A stretch of 64,000 nt of DNA, from assembly GCA_046563655.1 (NCBI GenBank), contig CM102285.1:7378001-7442000 (forward strand). Reading direction: 5' to 3'. Made by a program: the position numbers and the translations under genes. Positions 50,155 to 62,247 of the stretch are shown piece by piece. Each line of letters begins with the position of its first letter. Position 1 is the stretch's first letter. This DNA comes from Yuukianura sp. NJ FZ-2021 (lineage: Eukaryota). The notes under the pieces are model-generated. The model searched no databases. It was not told the origin of the DNA and worked only from the letters and a program-made list of their open reading frames with translations.

Positions 50155-51167
50155 TGTGACCCTACCCGGCGACGGATGACTCCTCTGAAATAACACTACA
50201 CTACAGATAAACTCAAATCCAGAACTACAATACACATCAGATAAACGACCAATGTGTTGAGCGATGTTTACTGAGATCTAGAAAACTCCCTACTTCAAGA
50301 CGACTTCACCGAAATCTCGAAGGTCAGAGGTCACCTTCACCTTGACCTTCCTTATATGACAAAAGCCTGCTAACCCGATCACAGGTCTAAAAGCTAAAAT
50401 AACTCTATGCTAATATGGTGATCCTTTGACCTTGACAGTCGGTCAACCTACGCTGTTCGTGACTTGGTTACAATTCGGCCTAACCTGAGCGCTCATTTGT
50501 TGGGAATAATCAAAATGGCGAAACAAAGAAATCCAATTTTGAGCACTTTATTTTTGCTCAAGGTCAAGATCTTATTACTAAATACAAATGTGTCACATAC
50601 ACACGGGAAAGAAGGAAAAAGAGGTATTGGTGGCTCAGTGGCTGGACACTAAAACACTTGACCTAACTCTCTCTCTCTCTCTCTCTCACAGACTCTCACA
50701 GTCAAGCCCAAGCGGAGGGTTAACTTTGTCCAAGGCAAAGTCAACACTCCTCCAATTGGGTCTCCGGCCAAAGTGAACACAGACTCTGACCTTGAGTTTT
50801 CTTTCTTTTATGACTTCAAACACAAATTATGGAATCAACCAGAGGCACTACCAATCAAAGCTCGACTCTAGCTCCCTCCGACTCAGTTCGACTCTCCACC
50901 CGGACATCGGCTCAGAGTCCCTCGGAGTCCAAGTGAACACACTCGACCCCTTGGGGTCCAATCACAGACTATCGATTGAGTGCGTACATGGCTCATACGT
51001 CGTAATAGAAATGCCTCCGGACTCAGTAGTCCTTGAGTTATTCCAGTATTGGCTGCTGCGCCATAAAGTGGCCTTAGGCCCTGATATATGCGAATGCTTA
51101 AAGGCGTATTGCCTCTTAGAGTGTTAGTGGCGTAACCCGCTTAAACCGCTCACATATTCCCCTCCTC
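50155..51167 (-). mobile_element. 3' LTR (50155-51154) plus PPT of an LTR retrotransposon, interrupted by a BEL-type LTR
   Basis: TGTGA...TCACA ends and upstream PPT GAGGAGGGGAATA. Colinear reverse-complement homology with 62248-62868 (e.g. TGTGAGCGGTTTAAGCGG, AGGCCACTTTATGGCGC, AGTAGGGAGTTTTCTAGATCTCA). Confidence 0.8.
50454..50860 (-). mobile_element. Truncated LTR related to the 7.8-kb BEL element
   Basis: Shares TGTT.GTGACT.GGT, CCTAACCTGAGC, CAAAATGGCG, TCCAATTTT, GAGCACTTTATTT..GCTCAAG and TTGGTGGCTCAGTGGCTG in the same order. The U3 end and TSD are not recognisable. Confidence 0.8.
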
Positions 51168-51257
51168 ACGGTGAAATTCCTGGAAGAAGTTTGAACAGTT
51201 TTCTACTTAACATTGCTCAATTTTCGACATGTTTAACTTTTGCTTTTGATTTTCTTT

Positions 51258-52548
51258 TTTTTTTTTTTATTTGTAAATTACTCTCCCTGCGGGCCCGAAG
51301 CCCATGGAGAGGGAGTTCGAGTGGAGTTTGTGTACATTAAATTACTAATTTAAATGAAATGGAATTTTAGTATAAATTTGAAATGAGCGTTGGTTCTGAT
51401 GCTTTGTAACTGTCTTCATGGTATTACTGGTTGCGATGAGTGTCGAATGCAATGTGCATTGTTTGCAGTTTCATTGGTGTTGGAGATGTTTTGTAGGTCA
51501 TAGAGCATTGCTGGATGGGCTGGATTCGGCTTTGAAAGTTTTGGAGCAAGTGTGGGAGACATTGTTTAAAGATGCTGATTCTGAGTTTTTGGATGTATTT
51601 TGGATTCGGATGTGTCAGCAGTTCCGAGGGATGAGTCTCCTTCGTAATTTGGGTTGCGAGTACGTTTGCAAGTTGTTGGAATGATGATGAATTTGTTGAA
51701 TGATGATTTTTTTTTGAGAGGTTATTGACGTATCGGTTGAATGTCACCGTTGGGGTCAAGTTTGTAGCGCGAGGATCGGCCGTTGCTTGTGGTCGTCAAG
51801 GTTCCGTTCCGGACGGTGAATCTTAGTCCTGGGGTCAGCTTGGCTAAGTCGATGGCTGTGTTTCGCAGCTTCGTTTCCACGGTCCTTTCGTGTGCCGTTT
51901 TTTCGGAGCGAATTTGTATGGCTTTGAAATCCGGGTCGGGGCTCAGCGTCTTCAGTTTTCTGAAAATATCAAACTTGTCTTTTCGCCTGATGAGCTTCAC
52001 TTGAACTGGTCGAGGTCTTTGGATTCCTTGCTTGAATCTTCCCAATCTTCGGGTGTGGCTGTAGTCTGTGCCGGTCAAATCGAATTTGGAAAGGAGAGTG
52101 TCAATTTTACCTTCTAGATCTGCTGTGGTTTCCGTGTCAGCGTCTGGAATGCCGTATACAATGATGTTCGATTCAATTGACTCCCTCTTAAGTTTTTCGA
52201 GTTCATTTTCCAGAACATCCACTCTGTTGACAACACTGACCAACGCAGAGAAATCGGTGTCATTGATCTTTGTAATCGCAGATTCAAAGTCAATAAGCTT
52301 CGAAAGTAGGTAGTTGATTTTGTCTTCCAAGTTTCCGCGTGATGCTTCTTCCCTAATCCTTTTGTCTTCTTTTCCTTGGTCGTTTGGTTTCAAAGGTGAA
52401 GACGCTATGCGTTTTGCAGCAGTACCAAAGAGACTTTTTGGCTCATTAGGTGGTGGGGAGCGATTTACTCGGAACATGTTCTCTATTGTTCTTTAATTAA
52501 GAGCAGAAGAGTGTACGTCTAATCTGGAGTGTGTCTAAACTCGAACTC
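51258..52548 (-). mobile_element. Non-LTR retrotransposon (CR1/L2-group-like) with intact ORF1 and almost no ORF2
   Basis: Poly(A) tail with AATAAA, ~15-bp TSD CTTTTGATTTTCTTT (51243-51257, 52549-52563), and a 3' stem-loop. Confidence 0.85.
51722..52477 (-). CDS. LINE ORF1 protein (coiled coil + RRM-like + CTD)
   Basis: 251-aa ORF with NIIVYGIPD, RRLGRF...RPRPVQVKL and I.IRSEKT..ER, typical of L1-type/CR1-group ORF1p. Confidence 0.85.
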   Translation of the reverse strand: MFRVNRSPPPNEPKSLFGTAAKRIASSPLKPNDQGKEDKRIREEASRGNLEDKINYLLSKLIDFESAITKINDTDFSALVSVVNRVDVLENELEKLKRESIESNIIVYGIPDADTETTADLEGKIDTLLSKFDLTGTDYSHTRRLGRFKQGIQRPRPVQVKLIRRKDKFDIFRKLKTLSPDPDFKAIQIRSEKTAHERTVETKLRNTAIDLAKLTPGLRFTVRNGTLTTTSNGRSSRYKLDPNGDIQPIRQ

Positions 52549-52776
52549 CTTTTGATTTTCTTTAAATGATAGTTTTGAATCTTTCAAATAACTTTTAACA
52601 CATTCAATATATAAAACTTTGAAATTTTAAAGGCGTTTTTCTTAGTTGTTGGTCTTAAGTTACCGAGACAAGAAAAAAATCTTGTACAGGGTAGGCGAAG
52701 ATTAATAACAACAAAATCTCGTGCTCATAAGGTGAACCGTGGTAGCGTCCCCCAAGGTCGGCAATTTATTAATTTA

Positions 52777-53412
52777 TCAATAACATAATTTTGTGAAATA
52801 ATCTGGGGGTAGTTCAGCAAATGCCTGAGAAATTGCTTGCTTGAGATCAAGCAAGTTCTCGATATTTTTGTAATAAACTTTTTCTTTAATAAAAACCCAT
52901 AATCCGTAATCGCAAGGAGTTAGGTCAGGAGATCTAGGGGGCCATGCAACACCAAAACGTTTGACTCCTCTGCCAATCCAGTTACAACCAAATGTATCGT
53001 CCAGGAATTTTCTAACGATGATTCCAAAATGAGGCGATGCGCCATCTTGCATGAAAATTTGGTCATAGAAACCACAGATTCCCCGGTGATACCTTAGAGT
53101 TGAGCGTTTCATGTTAAGTGTCACTGCTGCCCGATTAATTGAAGTTTTCGGATTTGTTGAGAAGTGGGCCTCGACGGTGTTTGTTTTGGCAAGTGAGAGA
53201 GGATGTCTAGTATTCTTTTTCCGTTCTTCTCCTTTAGGACTTTCCACTTTGCATCTGCTGTGGATTCGTTCTGCGAGTCTTCCGACACATGATCGGTTTG
53301 GTCGGTTTGATGTAAATGGCCACAATTTAATTACCTCACTTGCTTTTCCTGTTTTGGTGAATTGTTCGAAGATCCACATTTTCTCATCTTTAGTAAGTTG
53401 ACCTCTAGGCAT
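52777..53412 (-). pseudogene. Internally deleted mariner-type transposase
   Basis: HTH region fused directly to FMQDGASPH...WIGRG...WPPRSPDLTPCDYGLW. The region carrying the first catalytic Asp is missing. Confidence 0.85.
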
Positions 53413-53603
53413 CGTCAGAAACTAAAGAGTAAATAGCATTAGCATTAGTGTAGGTCAACTGAATTAATTAAAACCAATTCTGGGAAAGTGAAATGATTAA
53501 CAGCTTACCTTTTGTCTGATTATTCCGATTATTGTCTAAGGCGTAAAATTATAGGCTTTTTACTAATCAAGTCAGTCACTACAACAGTCAGGAAAGGATC
53601 CTT

Positions 53604-54401
53604 AGCCTACGTTTCCATTACTCGGGTTAGAAGTTACTCGGGTACAACCCAAGTAAAAATTACCCGCGTTCCAATGACATTTAGGAAGCGAGTAAGATAT
53701 GAATTTTGCGCACTATTTTTCACGTGATCAGCAGACTTCCGAATTGACTCTTCTCATTTTCTCCTTGAGACTGGAAAAGCACTGCTGAGATTTTAAACAC
53801 AATTACTACAGCAGGTACTTTTTGCACTTAACAACCTCAATATTGTGTATTCGTTGCTTTCAATTAGCATATTATTGCATACTGCTGATTAATGTATTAC
53901 TTTGAACGATTAATTAGACCAATACGTCTGTTTAGCACTTAATCAACCGACTTTGTGCGTGTACATTAGTATAAGCGCTGGTTAATGATTAATCACTGTT
54001 GATTGTCCTTGAAATATACTATATGGAACAAATTAATCACAAGCAGCAGACACAAAGCAAACGTCAAAACAAAAATGAATTTTAGGAAGTCAGAAAATGT
54101 TTAAATCCGATTTTCACAATGAGAACAATAAAAAAATAATACAATTTCAAATTGTCTCAAGTTTGAAACACCAGTCACGTGAGAAATTGTACGCGAAATT
54201 CACAATCTAACTCGCAACCGCGTTTACATTACCCGACTTGTTCTACCCGGATAAGATCTTACCCTCTTTTTCTTGTAAGAAAGTGAGTTACTCTCTTTCT
54301 CCTCGAGTAATGGAAACGGAATCGAGTAAGGGTTACCCTACCCATTTCCATTACTCATTTGGGAGAGTTAACTCTCTTATCCGAGTAATGGAAACTAGGC
54401 T
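53604..54401. mobile_element. PIF/Harbinger-like MITE nested in the mariner
   Basis: TIR AGCCTA(C)GTTTCCATTACTCGG at both ends, TTA-like flanks, GAGTAA subterminal repeats. Confidence 0.65.
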
Positions 54402-54621
54402 TTAGTAATCAAGACGAATACTTAATTAATTATAGATTCTAATTAACTATTCCTAGAAGCAAACTGTTGGAAACTCAACTTTACATGCTGACGGGGGTTG
54501 AGTCTTTTGTTTGGTAAATTCTGCCGACTCCCGCTCAATTTTTGTTTCCCGCCAACCCAAAATTAAAAAAATCTTAAGTTCCGATTTGGTTTTGTTGTTA
54601 TTAATCTTCGCCTACCCTGTA

Positions 54622-55350
54622 TAATGATTCTTATAATATATTCATCCTGAGGGGATGCACATCCACCATGACTCCGATAAGAGTTGCGTTATGCTTTGTT
54701 TGAAGTAATTCCATATCCGCTAGTTATTGGAATTCAGTGTTTTGCGGTACCCAATCGGTTTGTTGGCGTAATTCTGTGCTTTTTGTCATTTGTTAACAAA
54801 AGCCTCTAAAATCCGATGCGTTCTCCACAAGGGTATGGGCGGAAAGTAGTAGTGATTGCTAGTTCCAGATGTGTAATTAGGTCTGGTGCAATCATGTAAT
54901 ATTGGTTGTGATGTTCGTATCTTATGCAAAGAGGATGATTTGTACCGGTCTTCCCACAGTATTACTGTGGACATCAGTTCACAGAATTCATTTTTAACGT
55001 CACAAGGTGCGACGGTTTGTCGGTGTTTGACGCTTATGTGTTTGTTGTGATTGACTTTGAAATTATGAAGTTAGATGTAATATTTAGTTTTTCTATCATA
55101 GATAGTTATAGGCGAAGAATACCATGTATACACCCATTTGTTTGTTCCGAAAAATGTTTCGTTTAACCTTCCCAACGCAACTACTTCAGGATTTTTATAA
55201 GTACTGACTAGATCTTGACATTCTTTGACTGTCATTTGATGCCAAATATTCTCAAAATGATGATATTGTGGACTGGACCAAAGAAATAATATTTCTATAT
55301 TCGTAATCTTCCACTTTAAAAAATTCGTAAGCAACATATTTCTTAACGAA
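54622..55350 (-). pseudogene. Second degraded class III-like env glycoprotein fragment
   Basis: LFLWSS...TVKECQDLV...FGTNKWVYTWY...CDVKNEFCELMSTVILWED, truncated by the mariner. Very decayed Gypsy pol-like traces lie upstream (55.9-56.4 kb). Confidence 0.5.
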
Positions 55351-56599
55351 CGGTACTGATTTAATTAAGTAGGTTTCAATAATTGCGTGCAGTCCTCCGA
55401 CTGCACGTTCATACTTATGCCTTTATAATATGACTAAAGCTACATGGATGAGCTGGATCCTATTGTTCATGGGGTAATCAATTACCGATAGACGTTCGGA
55501 TTCTGCTTTGCTAAGACTGTCAATTCCTTTTTGATAATCTGTTCTTCCTCTATGTTGTTAAGGATCGAAACTAGCGGTTCGTCAGTGATTGAGACCACTT
55601 CCGAAGTAGTTAATTTGCTGATGGTGACAAGCAATATGATGAGTCCTGCTGTATATGCTATTGCTGTTTTGTATCAACGAAATATTCAATATTAGAGTTT
55701 TGAATTTTTTAATTAATTTTTGATGATTTTTGGCTATATTAATTATAGAATACTGTTGCGATTTAATTAATATCTTTAGAATTTTTTAGAGTTGAGGCTT
55801 TCGAACAAACCGTCAAGCCTGTAGGTGTTTGGATGAATCGTTGTAGCTAAAATGTGCTACGTAGTATTGTTGATAGCAGATATTGAAGTGGTTTCTACTT
55901 GATTACAATTGAATCGACTGGGGTCTGTTCGTGGCATCTGGTTCGGGGAAATTTCACTCAAGTTGCGTGCCTCGGGGCCTAACTATTTTGTTAATTACTT
56001 TAAACAAGGCTTTACTTGACTAATTAACCTATCCAGTAAACCTAAAACATTTAAAAGTTTTGTTTAATTTTATTACCTATAACTACTTAAAATAGTGCGG
56101 GGGACGGACGGTATCTGGTTCGGCGAAATTTCTTAATATGTACTTATGGTGAATATGCTTTATCGTGGCTTCCTCCAATCACGTAGCGAACCTTTGATAA
56201 GTAACCCTATAATTAACTGCTCCTAAATCAACTTAATACACATTTTCAACTTACTTAATAGCACTTAGCTATTTGGTACTCCGTTACATATTTACAACAG
56301 CTTTCACTTCCCTTAGGTTTTCTATCCGCTGGGGATTTAAAGCTATAACCTTGTAATACTTGTGTCGATCACTTGCGTAATATAATGTTCAATTTCTGAA
56401 ATCCATTGTGACTTGTTGGCTTTGGAGATGGTTTCATGAGGTTTTCATCTTTCATCAATTGCTTCACGCATTCCTTTAGATCCAGTTTCAATGCCTCGGA
56501 TTGTTTTGATGACATGCTTATGTGGGTATCTTGTGATAACTCAGACTTCACGTTTTGGGTCAATTCCATCAAGTAAACTATGCTTCTTGTTTTGCGCTC

Positions 56600-57755
56600 C
56601 AGGGCTTTCGTGGTTAGGTTTTCATGACCAGCAGCAATAAACTGTGATATTGGTTGCTAACGTTTCGTGTTTGTTGGCAAACTCATTCACTGTCTATTGG
56701 TAGATTCTAGATTGTGGCCACGTTTGCCAGCGACGTTAGGTTGTTGAAGTAGATGTTGTTAGTATAGTGTTGTTTGTACTCCTTGAGAGCGGCTACGGCG
56801 GTTACGAACTTTTGTTTCCAGTCACTGCACTGGAGTTCTATTACTTTAAACTTTGTGTCGTAGGTCAGAATCGTCGAAGTCTCCACCGACACAGGCGACG
56901 AATTTGTTATGGAAACTAATGGCATCGTGAAGTAGGACTCCGATTCCAATCACACAAGTCTTCATGTTAGGGATAGGCATAGGAACCTCACCAGTGTCAC
57001 TCACCACTCTTTCTGTTGTTTTCGCCACCTTTTTGGTGACCTTTTGACACTAGTGCCAGATTTCTCTGGATCCGACATGGCGAACTTCGCTTAGGTCACT
57101 GAACGTTGGAAAAAGTTTTTCAAAACTGGTAGGTCACACAATTGGAAAAATGTTCGGTTAGGTGTCAAAATAGAGCTGAGAATCTCCTTATGAGATGTAC
57201 GACTCAGAACACGGTAAAGGAAAGCAAAGCAACACAGGCAAGACAAGACGTCCAATTGTTTAAGAATTTATTCAGGACTTGTCTTGTCAACGGAAAAAAG
57301 CAAACTTATCACTAAAAGGTCATGTGTTGAAATTATTGAATAAACACACAAACTACAACAACTTGTAATTGAATTTTTTGATGGTTTTTATTTATAACAA
57401 AGAAATGTCCTACACCACGGTTTCACGAGGCAAGGTTAGGTTAACTTCTAACAATCTGGGTAACTAGTATTCATACTACTCCAGTGACCTAGACTTAGCA
57501 CTAGTGATTTCCTACTGCCCTTAACTAAAACGTTATTCTTCCTAGAGTGTGCGTCAGAACTGACCTTATAACTATTTTCCGGGTTCTAACTATTTCTACA
57601 AAAAGAATAACATCAAATTAATAAACTAATAAATTGTAGGTGACCAATTCCTGTTCCTGATTCCAACTTACGTTATAAAGGTCCTAGAACTTAATTAGTC
57701 ACAAGTAACTTATCATAAGTAATTAATCTTGTTTGGTATTTTCAACACCCTTCTC
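56600..57755 (-). mobile_element. BEL-like LTR (57151-57747) with PPT upstream and PBS-position motif, leader and decayed gag start downstream
   Basis: TGTT...AACA ends and PPT GAGAAGGG at 57748-57755. The junction ATTGGAAAAA|TGTT is identical to that of the 12-kb element, and both share the leader 13-mer CTTTTGACACTAG. ATG (MSDPEK) at ~57079. Confidence 0.7.
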
Positions 57756-57979
57756 AAACAAGAATTATAATAATTTAACAAAGCGTTACCATAAAAGATA
57801 AGAGAAAAACTGAAATCTTAATTCTTACCCTACGTAAATGCAACCCAGGATCTAAGTAATGATAATGTGATGTTTTGCCACACAAGATGATTCATAGGTA
57901 TGACGGCATACCTATGGTTTTGAGCGGGAGGATTCAAAACTTATATCTCAATGGCTGGTTAACTCGAGCGGGCAGTGAG

Positions 57980-59100
57980 GTGGCGACGGTTGGCGAAATG
58001 ACGTCGAAGATGACAATAAGCGAGTCCCATTCTCATTGCAATTCCTGATACAGGAAATAGGATGATTCCAAGAACCATTAAGCCCCACCAGTTTGAAGAG
58101 GATGAATTCTCAAATTCAACCTCCCGAAGATGATTCGTTTTCTGATCGATTACTTACTTCATTTTGGGTTTTTCAGAAAGTTACAAAGTAGTCCATTGTT
58201 TTGTTCGTGTCCTTGACGGAATATAGATGATTAGATTTTAGCCAATTTAGTTGACTTCGGAAAATTGGATCTTCGGATTCCGTGTAAATTTCCTTCAAAA
58301 TGCTTCCAGGGTAGTTCACTCCGTTCAGAGTGAAAGATGTGGAAATTGGCAAGGTGAACACCGTGTTGGAGCACTGGATCGTCTTTCCGTTGTATTCAAT
58401 GAAATTTAGTGGGCAATAAATAACCTTGGTAACTGAGGTAGCAAGTTTTGTTACAAACACTTTGTTGCAACTTGAATGCGCCAGCTTCAAACAGCAAACG
58501 ATTTTGGTACACATTTGGTACTGGGAAATCCAAGTGGATTTTGTCATCTTCATCCATGTAGCATCCGGGGAATTGTCCATGGCTCAAAAGGTCTCCACAA
58601 AGTCAAACTGACGTTTAAGTAGGCAAAAAACTCTTCGTTTAACTGACGATACTGTCCAGGTTCTCCAGTTTAAAAGAAAATCCGGTTTCCATTCATCATT
58701 CGTCCCATGAGGTAGGAACCAACGTAGGTTAATCTTATGGCCTCTCGATGACTGTTGAGGATACTATTTTTGAGTTGATCGATTTTTCCCGCCAATTTTA
58801 GAAATTCCTTCTGGAGGATGCATTTGTTGATCTCGTAATTTCAAAAGACTTTCTTCTCAAGCTCATCCAATGCAAGTTGCATCTCTTCTAGCTGGCTTTG
58901 GACTGACACTAAGTTGGTCAGAGCCATTCCCCAAGTCCAATGCCAGTAGTAGCGGGAGCGGCAGCAATTAAAGTTCCAAGGTCCAAAAATAGTTCCCGTT
59001 TTGCTCTTGTTTGCTCTTACGATTAGATATAACGTCAAGGTAATAGAAGTAGTGACAGCTCAACTTCCATTGTATACGTACGATAATACTGAAACGGTGT
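57980..59100 (-). pseudogene. Class I fusion env-like pseudogene
   Basis: Furin site RAKR, hydrophobic peptide ELFLDLGTLIAAAPATTGIGLG, heptad LVSVQSQLEEMQLALDELEKK, Cys-rich region, and TM NWWGLMVLGIILFPVSGI. Frameshifted. Confidence 0.7.
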
Positions 59101-61974
59101 GGAAACTATGATCCAGTTTGGCTATCGCTAACCTTAGGTTAATTACTCTCTGAAAATAATTAACGGATCGAGGCCGCAGCCTCTGTGGGTCTAACGCCCA
59201 CTCACCACCTTCACATCCAAGTAAAATCCTTTGACGCTATGGATGATTTACGATGTAGGAACAAAAAACCCTTACCGTGGTCAGCTACAGAAGTATTCGG
59301 TAGTTTAGGGTAGAATTTACAGCGATGAGATGAGATAGAGTTTTGACCTTTATTTCCCGAAATTTTGTTATTAACAAAAGACTGTTCAAGCTAAGAGTGA
59401 TCCCGAAGAGAAGGTTTAGAAGCTAATTCAAAATTGACTTAAAAAGGACTTTTACTTGTAAGCAGAGAGCGGATTTGAAAATGACTTAACTTCTATACAA
59501 TTTCGAATGATATTTAAATATTATTTCTTAACCTACAATGTCCTCTCGATTCCGTTACCCTTGGCAACGTGTGTCCACAAGCAGCAGTTAATGACCAGGA
59601 TTTATAATCCAGTTCAGCCATTAATGTCTGATATCAGACAAAGTTGCGAGTGTATGCAAATTGACAATCTCGTGAATTTGTATGGAAATTACCCACTGGT
59701 GGAATGATTATACATGTTCAACAAGTGTAAAACTGTCACGTTGGACAAGTAAAACTGTCGCGTTAGCCTTTTTCTGACCTGTCAGTGCAAAGATCAATTG
59801 ACATTAATCTTTGCAACTTTGTTGCGAAAGTGAGTTCTGTCAATTTGCATACTTGTACTTTTCTTACAATCTTATCGCTAATTACTCATAATTAGCAATT
59901 CGTCTTATTTTGACTTGTCCCGGGATTCATAATCCGGGAGAAGTCAAAATTCGTCGCTACAATACACCGAGAAAGAATTCACGTACTGGTACATTTCTGG
60001 GTTGAACAGTGTATGGTCATGCTTGCACGAGTAATATCAAAAAATATAACAACCAAAAGCTAGTATGAACTTAAAAACAAAATTCCCTGAATCGGAACTA
60101 ATTAAAAAGTTACTAATACTTATGCCGTTTGACGTAGCGTGAGCCGTTTTGTCTAGCTTCCCTCTTACGTCTCTCTATTTCTTTGCTTACGTGATTTATG
60201 CAAGACATACTTTCTACAAAAAAAATCAATCCTTCTACAACTTACTAAGCCCAAAAAATTATTTCTAATAAAAGGTTTAACTTTATGAAAATTTGGAAAA
60301 ATTTTGGCACTTACTTAGGGAAAGTATGTCCACAAACGATTGTCCAGATTTTTAATTCTCCCACTTCAACTGTTCTGAACAAATCGGGCAAATGGCGGGC
60401 ATTTCGTGTACTTTCACTGCTCTTTAAAACCTAACTGCTAAGTCCCTTGTTGTTCAGAAAGGGGAAAAGAGTAATTAAAAAGTGTCCATTTGTTAAGGCA
60501 CTAAATACGTTCCGCTTCATTTTCAAACATTTCAAATTCTAGATTTTAGTAGCAGCACAAATTGAAACTTTGTATTTTTTAAATTTTGTGGGATACTGTC
60601 GACGTTTATCAGAAACACAGGAGAAACACAAAACCACGTTTGATTTCTACAAAAAGTATGATTCAAACCATGGAGATCCAACGCTGTACCACTGCAGTTT
60701 TTCACAAAGCATGCTTTTGTGTAGACAGTATCAAAAGATATTTTTAAAGACAATGAGGTCACACGTGAGACGCCTGCTTGTCCATTAGTTTAGTGTAGAG
60801 ATTAGGTTGGGGTAAGATGAGACGAGGATGTGGATTGCGGGAGATTTGAAGAGAGGCGAGGTGGAGATCAAGCAATTCGTTGTGTGTTCTGTTGAGTTCT
60901 GGTCTTCCGGGAGGTTGTGGTATCTGCGACTCAGTGTTATAGAGTCTGAGGGCGAGGCTGCGGCCATCTTTGATTGGAGTAGCGGTGTGAGGGCGCTACA
61001 CACGGCAAAGTTCTCTGCCATTTAAATGAGCATAGATCACTTCCGCGAACCGATTTGTGCTATCTTTGTACAATGAGTGTTGCGGAACCCAAATTGGGCA
61101 TCACTCAGGAGATTGAAAAAAGTTTTTTGGGTCAGGACAGACCTTTAGATAATGCAATCACAGGCTGTAGACTGCCGAAGCTAAATTTTTAACAGTTTTA
61201 ACAATGAATGAAACTTTTCCAGTAATTTGTTGTACACCATCTTGTACAATTTGAGCAATATTTGCGAGCGTTAAGTTTTCTGCCGGTCTGAACACTTTTA
61301 GTGACGTGTCGCTAATATGTGACCTTTTTGCAATGACCCTTGTTCTTCGTCGTCGGTTCCTCCAGCTTCCCTAGTCCGCTTCCATTTGCCAACCTTCCTT
61401 GCAGGAGCCATAATTTACTAATTAGTATTTCACAAGTCTGTGTAAAAGCTGCTGCACGAACAAAACTATACGTGTTCTCTGCTTGGCTGCTAGACTGAGA
61501 CTGAGATGAGACTGATGTTTAAATGCTTTTTTCCCCATTTTTTTTATTCTGCAGAATGTTCTTCTTCGACTAGCTTGAAAACAGTATGACAAAATTTGGT
61601 TAGTAAGTAATAAATTGAGATTGAGTAAAAGTAATATCACTGTCTAGTATAGAGTTCTCTTAATAGTTTTAATATGTTTTCCCAAAGTGACAGTTTTATA
61701 CAAGACAGTATAGTCTTTTGCCTTGTGTTCTGCTGAAAAATCTGGTGGCGACGAATACTTGGCATAATGGAACGATAAATAACAATTGTTCGCTCGCTTT
61801 CTCCCTTCTTCTGCGCTTAGTCCCAAAGTGGGTATCACAAAACCAACCGATTCTTTTAATGACCATGCGCTGGTGTACATCGTCATGCGCAATTCGCAAT
61901 TGAGGTAGACTGGCGACTTTTCCGACACCGCGTATGAACAGATGATACAGGGCAGAAATGAGCTGGGGAACGTG

Positions 61975-62247
61975 TTTAAGCGACACCTTCCCAAAGAGGC
62001 CATTACATGCATGTACTTGTGCATCAAGGACAAAGAGTTGAGCACAATAGCAGGTTGTGCCGCGGCTTCTGAAGCGTGGAAGAAATTAGCTACAATTCAT
62101 CAAAACGTGAGTGGTGAATCAAAGGGACTCCTGTGGCAGAAATTCTACAATGTGAAAACAAGCCAAGACAAAAGTGCCCTTCAAGCTATGATCGAGATTC
62201 AAAACATTGCCGTGCAGTTGAGGTCACTTGGCTCAACTGTGGACGAG
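61975..62247 (+). pseudogene. Copia-type gag fragment (UBN2/Retrotran_gag_2-like)
   Basis: AITCMYLCIKD..L..I..C..ASEAWKKL..IH..LWQKFY..IQNIAVQLRSLGSTVDE, cut by the following LTR. Confidence 0.75.

Larger units (their letters stand above)
52687..54619 (-). mobile_element. Tc1/mariner element (DD41D/rosa-like), defective
   Basis: TIR CAGGGTAGGCGAAGATTAATAACA with TA TSD on both sides. Confidence 0.9.

Noticed and set aside
60787..61022. Purine-rich LTR-like segment
   Set aside because: Only a short match to the 48.8-kb LTR, with no termini, PBS or PPT.
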